IMG/VR virus record: IMGVR_UViG_3300030004_000009
Location: 1-64,000 of that record
Direction: 5' to 3' (one strand)
Length of the DNA stretch: 64,000 nucleotides
Source: a virus
Shown: positions 1-8,772 of the stretch, one piece after another
Position numbering within the stretch: the stretch's first letter is position 1
How the letters are laid out: each line of letters starts with the position of its first letter
Made by a program: the position numbers and the translations under genes
The notes under the pieces: generated by a model
Told to the model about the DNA's origin: nothing
The model's input: the letters and a program-made list of their open reading frames with translations, nothing else
Database searches by the model: none

Positions 1-2
1 GA

Positions 3-80
3 AAAACTTTTATACGTGATCAACCAAAACAGTCAAATGGAACTAAATTCAAAGACATTATGGACTTTGACCATGACTAA
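3..80 (+). CDS. 3' end of the gene upstream of MCP (partial; ...KTFIRDQPKQSNGTKFKDIMDFDHD*)
   Basis: Open frame from the window edge to TAA at 78-80, 20 nt before the MCP ATG. Function not assignable. Confidence 0.5.
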   Translation, partial: KTFIRDQPKQSNGTKFKDIMDFDHD

Positions 81-100
81 TTTTAAAACAAGTTAATTAC

Positions 101-323
101 ATGCAATTATTTAATTTAACGACTGTGAAGTCTACAATGGGTACTACAAAGACCTATGAGGATTTTCACAAATTTTTAGGTGCTAAACCTCATCGTTTAG
201 GCATAGTTGCCCGTCATTATCAAGATTTTACAGCTTCTTATTTAACAGAGAGCTTAATGAATATATACTCCAATAAGACCAAACCTACAAAGTTTCAAAA
301 CATTGATGCTTTGCTATTTGAGT
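101..323 (+). CDS. crAss-like major capsid protein, exon 1 of 5 (spliced product 475 aa)
   Basis: MQLFN...LLFE plus T323 joins GG(593-594) to give W, producing FEWEVDVDFIKRVEF, which I recognise as crAss-like MCP sequence. The five exons total 1428 nt, an exact multiple of 3. Confidence 0.9.
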
Positions 324-592
324 GAATCTCGCTCCCTTGTTGTGTAAACAACATTGAATAACTTCCTTAATTGCTGGGACATCTCATTATGAGACAATCA
401 GCAGCCGAACCTTATAAATAGTAAGGTGGTTCAACGACTATCGAAAGTATAGTGTTAGAGAAATACTAACATGAATAAACAAGTAGAGTACACGATCTAA
501 TCGTGGAAACAGGAAGCATCATTAAAACACTAATAGAATTAATGATGATGATATAGTCTGACCTCTATAGTAATGTAGAGATAACATAAGTG
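324..592 (+). ncRNA. group I intron 1 in MCP (269 nt, no ORF)
   Basis: P1 is GAGU/GCUC with U323 in a U.G pair. Core elements: AATTGCTGGGA (369), AATCAGCAGCC (396), GTTCAACGACTA (429), GATATAGTCT (550). Terminal G592. Removal restores the frame. Confidence 0.92.
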
Positions 593-907
593 GGGAAGTG
601 GACGTAGACTTCATTAAGAGAGTTGAATTTGCAGCTGTACCTATTGGTGACGGTGCTAACGGAGCAGATATAATTATGGCGTTCCGTGAACGTTATTATG
701 AAAAATATGACACCTTCCGTATTGAAGGATCTCGCCAGATGTGTATTGTTAAGACCGCTCCTTTTAGGAAAGCTGACAATTATTGGGAAGTTGTAGTTCA
801 ATTGATCGATGCAGACTTTTCTAGCATCCTTGACACAACTGCAACTAATCCCGGAATGCAGACTCGGTTCTTGACTAACTATCACCCCGAGCTCAGTGAA
901 GAAGGGT
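593..907 (+). CDS. major capsid protein, exon 2 of 5
   Basis: (W)EVDVDFIKRVEF...YHPELSEEG plus T907 joins AT(2272-2273) to give Y. Confidence 0.9.
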
Positions 908-2271
908 TATATTGTAGCCCCATTGCTGCGTAAGTAGTTTTGCAAATCTCTCTAATTGCTGGGATCTCCTAATTGAAAGACATTAGGATAATCAGCAGCC
1001 AAGCATTTAGAATATGTAGACCTATATGGGAACACTAAATGAAGGTTCAACGACTAGTCTGAATGGACGTAGGGTTGAAATAGTACCCGAAATGGGAGAT
1101 AACTTAATAAAAGTATAAATATAAAATCAAAGAAATAAAATGAACATGAAATATATAGTTTACGTGACAGTAAACAAAATAAATAAGAAGACTTATGTTG
1201 GAGTACATCAAACTATAAATCCAGACGGCTGGGATGGTTATTTGGGCAACGGTATCCGTAGTACACAACCATCTACGTATAAACGTTCAAAAACTCCATT
1301 CGCTTATGCTGTAAGTAAGTATGGGCCAGACAACTTTATTAGAGTGACACTAAAAGTTCTTGACACATTAGAAGAAGCATTAGAGCTTGAGGCAATGATT
1401 GTAACAGAAGAATTTATTAGAAAAAGAGACAATTATAATGCTACTCCTGGTGGAGGTTATCCACCATCTAATGCAGTTAAAATCTATGAGTACTCAATTA
1501 ATGGGATCTTTATTAGAGAGTGGGACTCTATAGTAGAAGCGTCAAAATTTCATAATTGTGGAGACTCTTCAATAGGAACTGCCTTAAAGTATAAAGCTAC
1601 TTGTAAGAGTCTATTTTGGAGTTATGAGAAGTTTGATAAACTCAACTTAGAAGGATATACTACGGGTGTGGTAACTCGAAGAGTTTATTTATATGATGAG
1701 TATGGTAAACTAATAAGAACTTATAACACAATTAGAGAGACAGCAGAAGCTTTAGACACTACAGTTGATAATATTAGTAATGCAATTAAGAGAGAAAACA
1801 TGACGAAAGGTTTTTACTATTCAACTGAGTTACTTGATAATTTTAAACCAAAACCAAGTATTAAGGTTAAAGGGAAACTTATTCATTTATATGATCTTGA
1901 AGGTAATTTTTATAAAACTTATAGTACACCAATAGAAGTCTGTAAAGAGTTCGGAGTTAAAAATTCAAGCGGAATAAATCATTCATTAAAAACTGGAGGT
2001 GCTTTTAGAGGTTATCAAGTGTCTTTGGAGAAGGTTACTAGGATGAAGAGACTTATAAATAGTGCTACGCCAAGAAGAGTAGGTCAATATTCAAAGAGTG
2101 GAGAGTTCATCAAAGAATTTAAAAGTATTATAGAAGCTGTTAGAGAGTATGGATCAGGAGTGGATAGAGCACTTAGAGGACAACAGGAATATTTCAAAGA
2201 TTTTATATTTAGATTTGTAGAAGTTAATGATATAGTCTGATCTCTATAGTAATATAGAGTTAACAAAAATG
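908..2271 (+). mobile_element. group I intron 2 in MCP (1364 nt) carrying a homing endonuclease gene
   Basis: P1 is GGGU/GCCC. Core elements AATTGCTGGGA, AATCAGCAGCC, GTTCAACGACTA and GATATAGTCTGA (2229-2240). Terminal G2271. Splicing gives EEGYTKYQSNIERYRN. Confidence 0.93.
1140..2240 (+). CDS. intron-encoded GIY-YIG (Seg-like) homing endonuclease with four NUMOD1-type DNA-binding repeats
   Basis: N-terminal YIVY...YVGVH...GYLGNG...E...YN module. Repeats: IYEYSINGIFIREWDSIVEA, VYLYDEYGKLIRTYNTIRETA, IHLYDLEGNFYKTYSTPIEV, VGQYSKSGEFIKEFKSIIEA. Lies inside intron 2. Confidence 0.88.
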   Translation: MNMKYIVYVTVNKINKKTYVGVHQTINPDGWDGYLGNGIRSTQPSTYKRSKTPFAYAVSKYGPDNFIRVTLKVLDTLEEALELEAMIVTEEFIRKRDNYNATPGGGYPPSNAVKIYEYSINGIFIREWDSIVEASKFHNCGDSSIGTALKYKATCKSLFWSYEKFDKLNLEGYTTGVVTRRVYLYDEYGKLIRTYNTIRETAEALDTTVDNISNAIKRENMTKGFYYSTELLDNFKPKPSIKVKGKLIHLYDLEGNFYKTYSTPIEVCKEFGVKNSSGINHSLKTGGAFRGYQVSLEKVTRMKRLINSATPRRVGQYSKSGEFIKEFKSIIEAVREYGSGVDRALRGQQEYFKDFIFRFVEVNDIV

Positions 2272-2570
2272 ATACAAAATACCAGAGTAATATCGAGCGC
2301 TATCGTAATCACATCTCTTTCCATAGAAATGATATATCATGGTCCTCACAGTTCGCTGTTATGGAAGATATATTTATAGGATTAGGTGCTAATAAAGGTT
2401 CAGGTGATCAGTCACAAGTACTTTATAAAATGAAGAAGAAAGAGGTAGAACTTCTGGAAAACTTCATGTTTGCTCGTAATAACGCTTTACTGTTTGGTAA
2501 ATCGAATTATGACGTAAATGGTAAATGTACTATTACTGAGCCACATACAGGTAGGCCTATACCGATGGGT
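2272..2570 (+). CDS. major capsid protein, exon 3 of 5
   Basis: (Y)TKYQSNIERYRNHISFHRNDISWS...TGRPIPMG. In frame with the ORF-track segment 2361-2600. Confidence 0.9.
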
Positions 2571-2849
2571 AAGCAAAACCATTGCCCACTTGCTGCGTAA
2601 GTAGCTCGATTAAATCTCGTGAATCTAGGAAACTCCTTATAGGACAACCTTAATCCAAGCGTTATGGAAACAGAACGAAGGATCAACGACTAGTATATAC
2701 GATCTAAACAGGTTAAGCTGTAGAATATGAAATACCAAGAGTGCGGGACATCTTACCTTTTAATAAGTAAGATGAAGATATAGTCTGAACTACTCAGAAA
2801 TGAGTAGAAGTAGAAAATAAAGAGTTTCTACGATAACAAAACATCTTTG
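2571..2849 (+). ncRNA. group I intron 3 in MCP (279 nt, no ORF)
   Basis: P1 is UGGGU/GCCCA. CCATT can pair with the 3' exon GATGG (P10). Core elements GATCAACGACTA and GAAGATATAGTCTG. Terminal G2849. Splicing gives PIPMGDGIIAQ. Confidence 0.92.
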
Positions 2850-3409
2850 GATGGAATTATTGCTCAGATAGAAAGATATGCTCAAAAATACGCATATGCT
2901 ACAATGTCTCCTAACTTAATGGATACTGTAATGGAAACCATGCGTCAGAAATCAAAGAAATCTGACGGTAACCAATACGTATTTATTGTTAATGAGCGCA
3001 TGTGGTCACAGATACAAACTACATTACGTCAGTACTTGAAAGAGTGGCAACCAGTTGCACCTATCTTCTTTTCACAAAAAGCAGGTGGTTATGTACAAGT
3101 AGGTGCTACCTTCGATTCTTACCGTAATGGTGGTAACCAAATTTCATTTAAGGTTGACAAAGCCCTTACATTGGAATATTCGCTAAAAGGTTATGGAATC
3201 TGTATAGATTTGACTGCTGATCTTACCACAGGGTCACCCGCTCTTCAAATGTTCACTTTACGTGGTGGAGAGTTTATTAGGGGCTTCTTGAAAGGTCTTG
3301 GTGGTATGACAGGTGTTGAATCAGGTGAAATCTCTACTCCGGTAGCTGGTTCTCGTTTAGTTCACGCTGGTTATGCAGGTGTAGGTGTATTTTCTCCTTA
3401 TAGGAGCTT
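2850..3409 (+). CDS. major capsid protein, exon 4 of 5
   Basis: DGIIAQIERYA...GYAGVGVFSPYRS plus TT joins T3678 to give F. Confidence 0.9.
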
Positions 3410-3677
3410 TAACGATAGAGCCATTGCAGCGTGAGTTGTAATTGAAAATTGGGTTAAACGGGGAAACTCTAGAAGTAGACAATCCCGTAGGAAGCTTAGA
3501 AAACAATTTAATAGTTCTAAGAACCTCTAACGACTAGTTGGTGAGTATTGTAACAATAATCCAACCACGAACGCCCGACATCTTAAGTTTTAAGATGATG
3601 ATATAGTCTTCTCTATGTATAACTAAAGAAAACATAGGAAATATAGGATAAAGAGCCTATATAAATTTAAAAATCGG
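3410..3677 (+). ncRNA. group I intron 4 in MCP (268 nt, no ORF)
   Basis: P1 is GCUU|UA-ACGA-UAGAGC with a U3409.G pair. Core elements AAACGGGGAA, AATCCCGTAG, CTCTAACGACTA and GATGATATAGTCT. Terminal G3677. Confidence 0.88.
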
Positions 3678-3708
3678 TATAGTAGAAGAAAACATCGCTA
3701 CATTCTAA
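3678..3708 (+). CDS. major capsid protein, exon 5 of 5 (31 nt; ...PYRSFIVEENIATF*)
   Basis: Not in the ORF track. It restores a PYRSFIxEE C-terminus typical of crAss-like MCPs and ends at TAA 3706-3708. Confidence 0.82.
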
Positions 3709-3800
3709 TTGTAGTTAATTTAGATAAAACAACGTTCTAAGATCATTAGAAATGCTATAAAATGACTACCATTAGTGTAGTTTAGATATAAAAAATAATT

Positions 3801-3831
3801 AAGAATCCATTAGGAATAATGGATTCTTTTT
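3801..3831 (+). terminator. intrinsic terminator after MCP
   Basis: AAGAATCCATTA-GGAA-TAATGGATTCTT followed by a T run. Confidence 0.75.
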
Positions 3832-3841
3832 ATTATCTTTG
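3810..3841 (+). promoter_or_regulatory. possible Bacteroidota primary-sigma promoter overlapping the terminator
   Basis: TATCTTTG (-7 box, 3834-3841) with an imperfect -33 box, TTAG, 20 nt upstream. Lies 20 nt before the next ATG. Confidence 0.5.
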
Positions 3842-3861
3842 TAAATTCAATAAGAACAAAT

Positions 3862-4737
3862 ATGATAGAGAATAGACTAATTATAAGGAGCGTTTATAAA
3901 ATAACACGTTGCTTTATGGAACCTGCAAGGAACCGTAGTACAAAGAGATTTGCAGATTGTGTTCGTCCATGTGATGAGCATCATAAGATTATACTTACTG
4001 AACGTGAAAGATCATCAGGTCAAATATTTATATCTGAAGAAGACGTAATTGAGATCTTTGATGGAAAAGAATTTAACTTAGACAATGCGTATGATGCTGC
4101 CTGGTGGGAAGCTATTAAATTTAGTCCTAAGATTGCAAAAGATAGATCAGAACGTGATGAAGTAACTAAAGAATATCTTATAGATGGTAATGCTAAACGT
4201 TATGGAACAGCAGAGTTCTATGTAGAACGTCCAGGTGTTGAAGCTAAAGCTAAAAACAATCGGAAACGTGAAATTCATAATGCTAAATCATATATTTATG
4301 CTGATACAGATGAAGGTTTACGTCAGAAAGTAAGGTTACTTGGAAATGCAATGCCAGGTCTTCCAACAAGCGATGTAGAAGATTACTTAGTTAGTGTTGC
4401 TGAACGTAAACCTGAAATAGTTAGCGGTCTTTATACAGGATCTGATACTCATTTACGTATATTCTTACTTGATGCAGTTGATAAACACGTTATCTTTATA
4501 AAAGATAAGTTATACTACTATGGTGATTCTATAATTCTTGGTGCAACAGATTCAGCAGTTCTTCACTATTTTAAAAATCCAGCTAATAAACGAGTTGTTG
4601 ACCTTATAAAAAGTGAGGTGTATCCTGAATTTCACATTGACTCATCAAAAACAATTGATGAATTAAATGATACTGATATACCAGTTAAGGTAGTTAAACC
4701 TATAAAACCAATTAAACCTATTGAACCAATAAAGTAA
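3862..4737 (+). CDS. conserved crAss-like protein encoded downstream of MCP; C-terminal KPI repeats
   Basis: 291 aa ORF, assigned by synteny. Ends VKPIKPIKPIEPIK. Confidence 0.65.
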   Translation: MIENRLIIRSVYKITRCFMEPARNRSTKRFADCVRPCDEHHKIILTERERSSGQIFISEEDVIEIFDGKEFNLDNAYDAAWWEAIKFSPKIAKDRSERDEVTKEYLIDGNAKRYGTAEFYVERPGVEAKAKNNRKREIHNAKSYIYADTDEGLRQKVRLLGNAMPGLPTSDVEDYLVSVAERKPEIVSGLYTGSDTHLRIFLLDAVDKHVIFIKDKLYYYGDSIILGATDSAVLHYFKNPANKRVVDLIKSEVYPEFHIDSSKTIDELNDTDIPVKVVKPIKPIKPIEPIK

Positions 4738-4741
4738 TAAA

Positions 4742-5581
4742 ATGACAGTAAGAGAAGTATACGAATACTCACTGATTGAAACTAATAAGGTAGAGGCTCC
4801 TACCCTCTTACTTGAAGATTATAATTATTATATCAATAAAGCAATCTTTGCTTATGCTAATAAAAAGTATAATGTTTATGATGCGAATCAACAGTCCACA
4901 GATGATTTAAATATTCTTAAAGGTTCATTTCATGTTCCAAGTGGATCACTTACAGCTACAACAGGTAATAAATTACAGGGAGCTACTTATACAGCAACTC
5001 TACCACTTGATTATTTTCACCTTTTAAATTGTACATGTGAGTTTTTACCTACATCAAATTTTAAGTGTTATAGTACTAGTGAATCAATTTATTTTGGTGC
5101 TAAACGTATGACTGCTGAAATGTGGCCTGAAATTATTAATAATGCATATTTAAAACCATCTTATCGTAATCCCTATTATTATATTAACAATGTTACAGAT
5201 GTAGCTCCTCCAACAAATACTGGTTCTAATTATGATCCAGCAGATGGAAGTGAATATCAAACATTTGTTGCTCCTAATATAGAGATAAGATATGGTCGAG
5301 ACAATACCCTTTTCGTTCTAAATAGTGTAGATATTCAATATATTAAGTCCCCAAGATATATTACATTATTACAATCACAGATTGATGCTACAGAAGATCT
5401 ATCAGACATTATGGAATTTCCAAATTACATTTGTCTTGAAATTATAAAAGAACTAGTTGCCTTATTGTTGGAGAATGCTAGCGACCCAAGATTAAATACA
5501 AATTTACCAATAAACCAGACAATTGCTCCTCCACAAGCTCAAGGGCAACAGATGCAACAGCACTCGTCTCGTAGAAGATAA
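4742..5581 (+). CDS. putative ring/head-tail adaptor protein
   Basis: MT..E.Y...LIE.NK..AP.LLLEDYNY.INKAI start and EFP.Y...EI..ELV.LLLEN..DPRL end resemble crAss-like tail ring proteins; synteny fits. Confidence 0.6.
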   Translation: MTVREVYEYSLIETNKVEAPTLLLEDYNYYINKAIFAYANKKYNVYDANQQSTDDLNILKGSFHVPSGSLTATTGNKLQGATYTATLPLDYFHLLNCTCEFLPTSNFKCYSTSESIYFGAKRMTAEMWPEIINNAYLKPSYRNPYYYINNVTDVAPPTNTGSNYDPADGSEYQTFVAPNIEIRYGRDNTLFVLNSVDIQYIKSPRYITLLQSQIDATEDLSDIMEFPNYICLEIIKELVALLLENASDPRLNTNLPINQTIAPPQAQGQQMQQHSSRRR

Positions 5582-5615
5582 TCTCTCCAATAAAATTTAA
5601 AACTTAAACTAAATT

Positions 5616-6881
5616 ATGTTTGATTTCACACAGGAACGTGTCTTTAATGACCTTTCCGCAATTAGCGTTTATAATGGCGCAACAACTTTAGCCGCTCCTA
5701 GTATAGCTACTTTAACAGCTGGTGGTGCCTCAAGTGGTACATTAGCTGCAACAACTTATTACTATGCTCAAACAGCAGTAACAGCAAAAGGCGAAACTAC
5801 TGTAGGCACACAGTCAACTATCACATTAGGTAGTGCTAACTTATCAGTTGGTATGACTTGGACTGCTGATACAGATCCAATTGCAGGTAACTTAATCGGT
5901 TATAATGTATATCGTGGTACTACTACTGGTGTACTTTATCTTTTAGGATTTACACCAACTGCTACTTATACAGACATAGGTGCAGCTACTAATACATCAA
6001 TAACTCCACCTGCTGCTAATACAGCTTTTGAAACAGATGATGAATCAGTTACTGGTACTTCTGCTTTAGTAATTCAACGTCTTAATAAATATCTTGCCTC
6101 AAATCTACTGGGTAAAGTTTATAAACGTTCTGCTAGCAACCCTGTTAACGAAGTAGGTACTATTGTACTTCCTACTACCGGAAATGTTTCTGGAACTTAT
6201 CGTTTACGTGTAGATGTTACAATGTCAGGATCATACCCTATTGACTATGATCGTTGGGCAATTAATAAAGGTAAACCTTTCTTTGTGGAAGTAGTTGTAC
6301 CAACTGCTCAAACTGGTGATGTACTTGCTGCTACTTTGTGTGCAGGTTTCATTAATGGCCTTAAGAAATATAATGGTCAAAATATTAAAGATATTGTGCC
6401 TACTTATACTTCAAACTCAGGTACTAATGCAGGTAGTATTATAATTACTGCATCTAATGAATATATGCGTTTCCTAACTGATTCCGGTAATTATTTCCAA
6501 ATTGAGTTACTTGATTCAACAGGTGAAAATTATAACCCTATTGCAGTTGGTACTGTAACAACCGTAGGTGTTGAAGGATTTGGTACTGCTTGGTTTATTA
6601 CTAAGAACCTTCGTTTACCTACACAGGAAGCTACAAGATTCTTTGGTGAAGATCAGGATGAGCGCCCAGTTAATGGAGTACTTTATAATCAATATACATT
6701 TGCTTATAATGCTCTACGTAACTTTACAGGTGTAGGTGCTGTTGGTCAATCGATTACTTCGAAGACTACTCATGTTTTATACATACCTACAACTTTAGCT
6801 TCAACATTTGAAGGTTATATAACCTCAGCATTTGGAACTCATAGTATAGTTGATGCACAAACTAATTTGCTCTTAAACTAA
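5616..6881 (+). CDS. putative auxiliary capsid/decoration protein with a fibronectin-III-like insert
   Basis: Thr/Ala/Gly-rich. The insert reads TYYYAQTAV..GET...WTA...GYNVYRGT...YTD. The C-terminus (G.EGFGT...NLRLPT...YNQYTF...VGQ...S.TTHV) is crAss-like. Followed by a strong terminator. Confidence 0.6.
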   Translation: MFDFTQERVFNDLSAISVYNGATTLAAPSIATLTAGGASSGTLAATTYYYAQTAVTAKGETTVGTQSTITLGSANLSVGMTWTADTDPIAGNLIGYNVYRGTTTGVLYLLGFTPTATYTDIGAATNTSITPPAANTAFETDDESVTGTSALVIQRLNKYLASNLLGKVYKRSASNPVNEVGTIVLPTTGNVSGTYRLRVDVTMSGSYPIDYDRWAINKGKPFFVEVVVPTAQTGDVLAATLCAGFINGLKKYNGQNIKDIVPTYTSNSGTNAGSIIITASNEYMRFLTDSGNYFQIELLDSTGENYNPIAVGTVTTVGVEGFGTAWFITKNLRLPTQEATRFFGEDQDERPVNGVLYNQYTFAYNALRNFTGVGAVGQSITSKTTHVLYIPTTLASTFEGYITSAFGTHSIVDAQTNLLLN

Positions 6882-6898
6882 GATACCTTATCACAATT

Positions 6899-6932
6899 AA
6901 AAGGCAGGCAGCTCAACTGTCCTGCCTTTTTT
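6899..6932 (+). terminator. intrinsic terminator
   Basis: AAAAGGCAGG...CCTGCCTTTTTT. Confidence 0.8.
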
Positions 6933-6943
6933 AGTATAAAATA

Positions 6944-7615
6944 ATGACATTAGACAAATTAGTAAGTCGTATATATAATAATGTAATGTCTGGTTTACGT
7001 GGTGCAACTATTAACGTTCCTTTTACATTAGAACAGATAGAAGATGCAGTTATACAAAAAAGACTTAATATAATTAAAGGTTATGCAGGTAAAAACTTAA
7101 TACCAATTAAAGATCTTCTTTACTCAATTAGGTGTATACCTGTAGATTGTGAGTCATTAGATCGTTGTTGTTGTAATAACGGAGATACTTTAGTCAAACA
7201 TATTGAACTTCCTCAAATCATTAGTGATTTTGGTCAACAAAGTATTGATTATATAGGTAGTACAGATGGTAATATACAATATATTGTATATACTGATGAA
7301 ACATATAAATTACATAAATATAGACGTCGTGGTGCAAATAATCCATATGTATGGATAGACATAACACCAAATACTAGTAATATGATAGACGCATTTATTT
7401 TTAATGCCCCATCGATGTTACAACAGATGACAGTGCGTATAATTCCAAAAGATATACGCCAACTTATGAACTACCCTTGTTGTTTAAATGAAGAGGTTAT
7501 GAATATAAATTTTATAGATACAGATATTGAAAAAGGGGTTACAGAAGATTATATACGCTATTTTAGACAAACTGCTCTTACAATTACACCTAATGATCAA
7601 ACAGTAAAAGTATGA
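6944..7615 (+). CDS. putative tail ring protein
   Basis: 223 aa ORF in the structural operon, with Cys clusters (RCCC, PCC). Assigned by synteny. Confidence 0.5.
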   Translation: MTLDKLVSRIYNNVMSGLRGATINVPFTLEQIEDAVIQKRLNIIKGYAGKNLIPIKDLLYSIRCIPVDCESLDRCCCNNGDTLVKHIELPQIISDFGQQSIDYIGSTDGNIQYIVYTDETYKLHKYRRRGANNPYVWIDITPNTSNMIDAFIFNAPSMLQQMTVRIIPKDIRQLMNYPCCLNEEVMNINFIDTDIEKGVTEDYIRYFRQTALTITPNDQTVKV

Positions 7616-8313
7616 TAGACTCAATAAGAAATTTTTATGCAGGACTTCTACAACTTAGTGATCATTTTGGCATTATACTTAAAGAAGAAGACTATGAAAA
7701 CTTAGCTCTTCATGCATGGGATCATATAGGAAATAAAAACTATCGTGTTTATCGTTATAGAGCACAAATGCACGATGGTAAGTTAGAATTACCTATCAAT
7801 GTAGATATAGTCGAAGGTGTTTATAAACTTGGACAAGATCATCAAAGAACAGATGGTGTCAATCCTTATAGTATAGATTTACTTAATGCAAATTTAGAGA
7901 ATTATATTGAAGGTTGGAAGATACCAAATGAATTTTTATATGAAGCTGGCACAATGATACAATATGAACAGATCGGTCAAACTTTATACTTTAAGACCGA
8001 TAGAGATTATCATATTACTGTACTTTATAAAGGTATTCTAGTTGATGAAGTTGGACTTCCACTCTTAAACTTTAAAGAGGTAGATGCAATAGCTAAATAT
8101 TGTGCTTGGATAACTATACAGAAACAAGCTTTTATAATGAAAGATCAAGCAAGTATGCAACTTGCACAAATGGTAAGACAACAATGGCAGTCTGCCTGTG
8201 ATGATGCTCGTACACCTATTTATCTTAATCAAAATGATATGGATAGATTACTCAATGTACAATCCTCATGGGATAGAAAGCGTTTTGGTATAACATATAA
8301 ACCTATACGATGA
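7612..8313 (+). CDS. putative tail tubular/ring protein
   Basis: ATGA overlap with the previous gene. LY.GI..DE.GLP and LNQN.MD..L....SWDRK.FG motifs resemble crAss-like tail tube (P22 gp4-like) proteins. Confidence 0.55.
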   Translation: MIDSIRNFYAGLLQLSDHFGIILKEEDYENLALHAWDHIGNKNYRVYRYRAQMHDGKLELPINVDIVEGVYKLGQDHQRTDGVNPYSIDLLNANLENYIEGWKIPNEFLYEAGTMIQYEQIGQTLYFKTDRDYHITVLYKGILVDEVGLPLLNFKEVDAIAKYCAWITIQKQAFIMKDQASMQLAQMVRQQWQSACDDARTPIYLNQNDMDRLLNVQSSWDRKRFGITYKPIR

Positions 8314-8765
8314 ATGAAAATCGCGTACTTAATCATGTAATCAGAACACCTGATTTATTCTGTAACTTTGATCTTAACAAATTAAAAGGTAATTCTCCAA
8401 GGGGTCAAAATAACATTAAGAAGTTTTATAAATGTGCAGATAAGAGATCACTTGCAGAGAGGATCTTTACACGTTATCTTCATATGTTATTACTACACCT
8501 AATTGAAGGTGATAAGCTATTTGTATTTCCATATAGATATTATACCGATCTTCACTTTAGAGTTGTACCAGAAGAAAGAATAAAAAGGAATTTAGAAGTT
8601 GGTTGCTTACAAGATATAGATTTCTTACAGTCTAATTTTAAGTATTACGAATTAGTAATGTCTTGGAAAGTAGGAGAGAGAATGACACATGAGTATGTTA
8701 AATTAAGCAAAAATTTTACTCAATTAATACACGATAAGATAAATACAGGATTTGTTTATGCTTAA
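8310..8765 (+). CDS. hypothetical protein (possibly a divergent IHF/HU-like protein)
   Basis: 151 aa, ATGA overlap. Position matches the IHF-like genes of the crAss tail module; sequence support is weak. Confidence 0.5.
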   Translation: MNENRVLNHVIRTPDLFCNFDLNKLKGNSPRGQNNIKKFYKCADKRSLAERIFTRYLHMLLLHLIEGDKLFVFPYRYYTDLHFRVVPEERIKRNLEVGCLQDIDFLQSNFKYYELVMSWKVGERMTHEYVKLSKNFTQLIHDKINTGFVYA

Positions 8766-8772
8766 TTAAATT

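Noticed and set aside
323-325. TGA at the position of a conserved Trp, suggesting stop-codon reassignment as in some crAss-like phages
   Set aside because: Splicing (T323 + GG) supplies the Trp, and the codons after the TGA are intron sequence. TGA terminates several real genes here, and multi-kb ORFs are open under the standard code.
598-3434. ORF-track entries 598-933, 2361-2600 and 2847-3434 as independent genes or pseudogene fragments
   Set aside because: They are MCP exons plus short read-through into introns. The gaps have complete group I cores, and splicing restores one frame.
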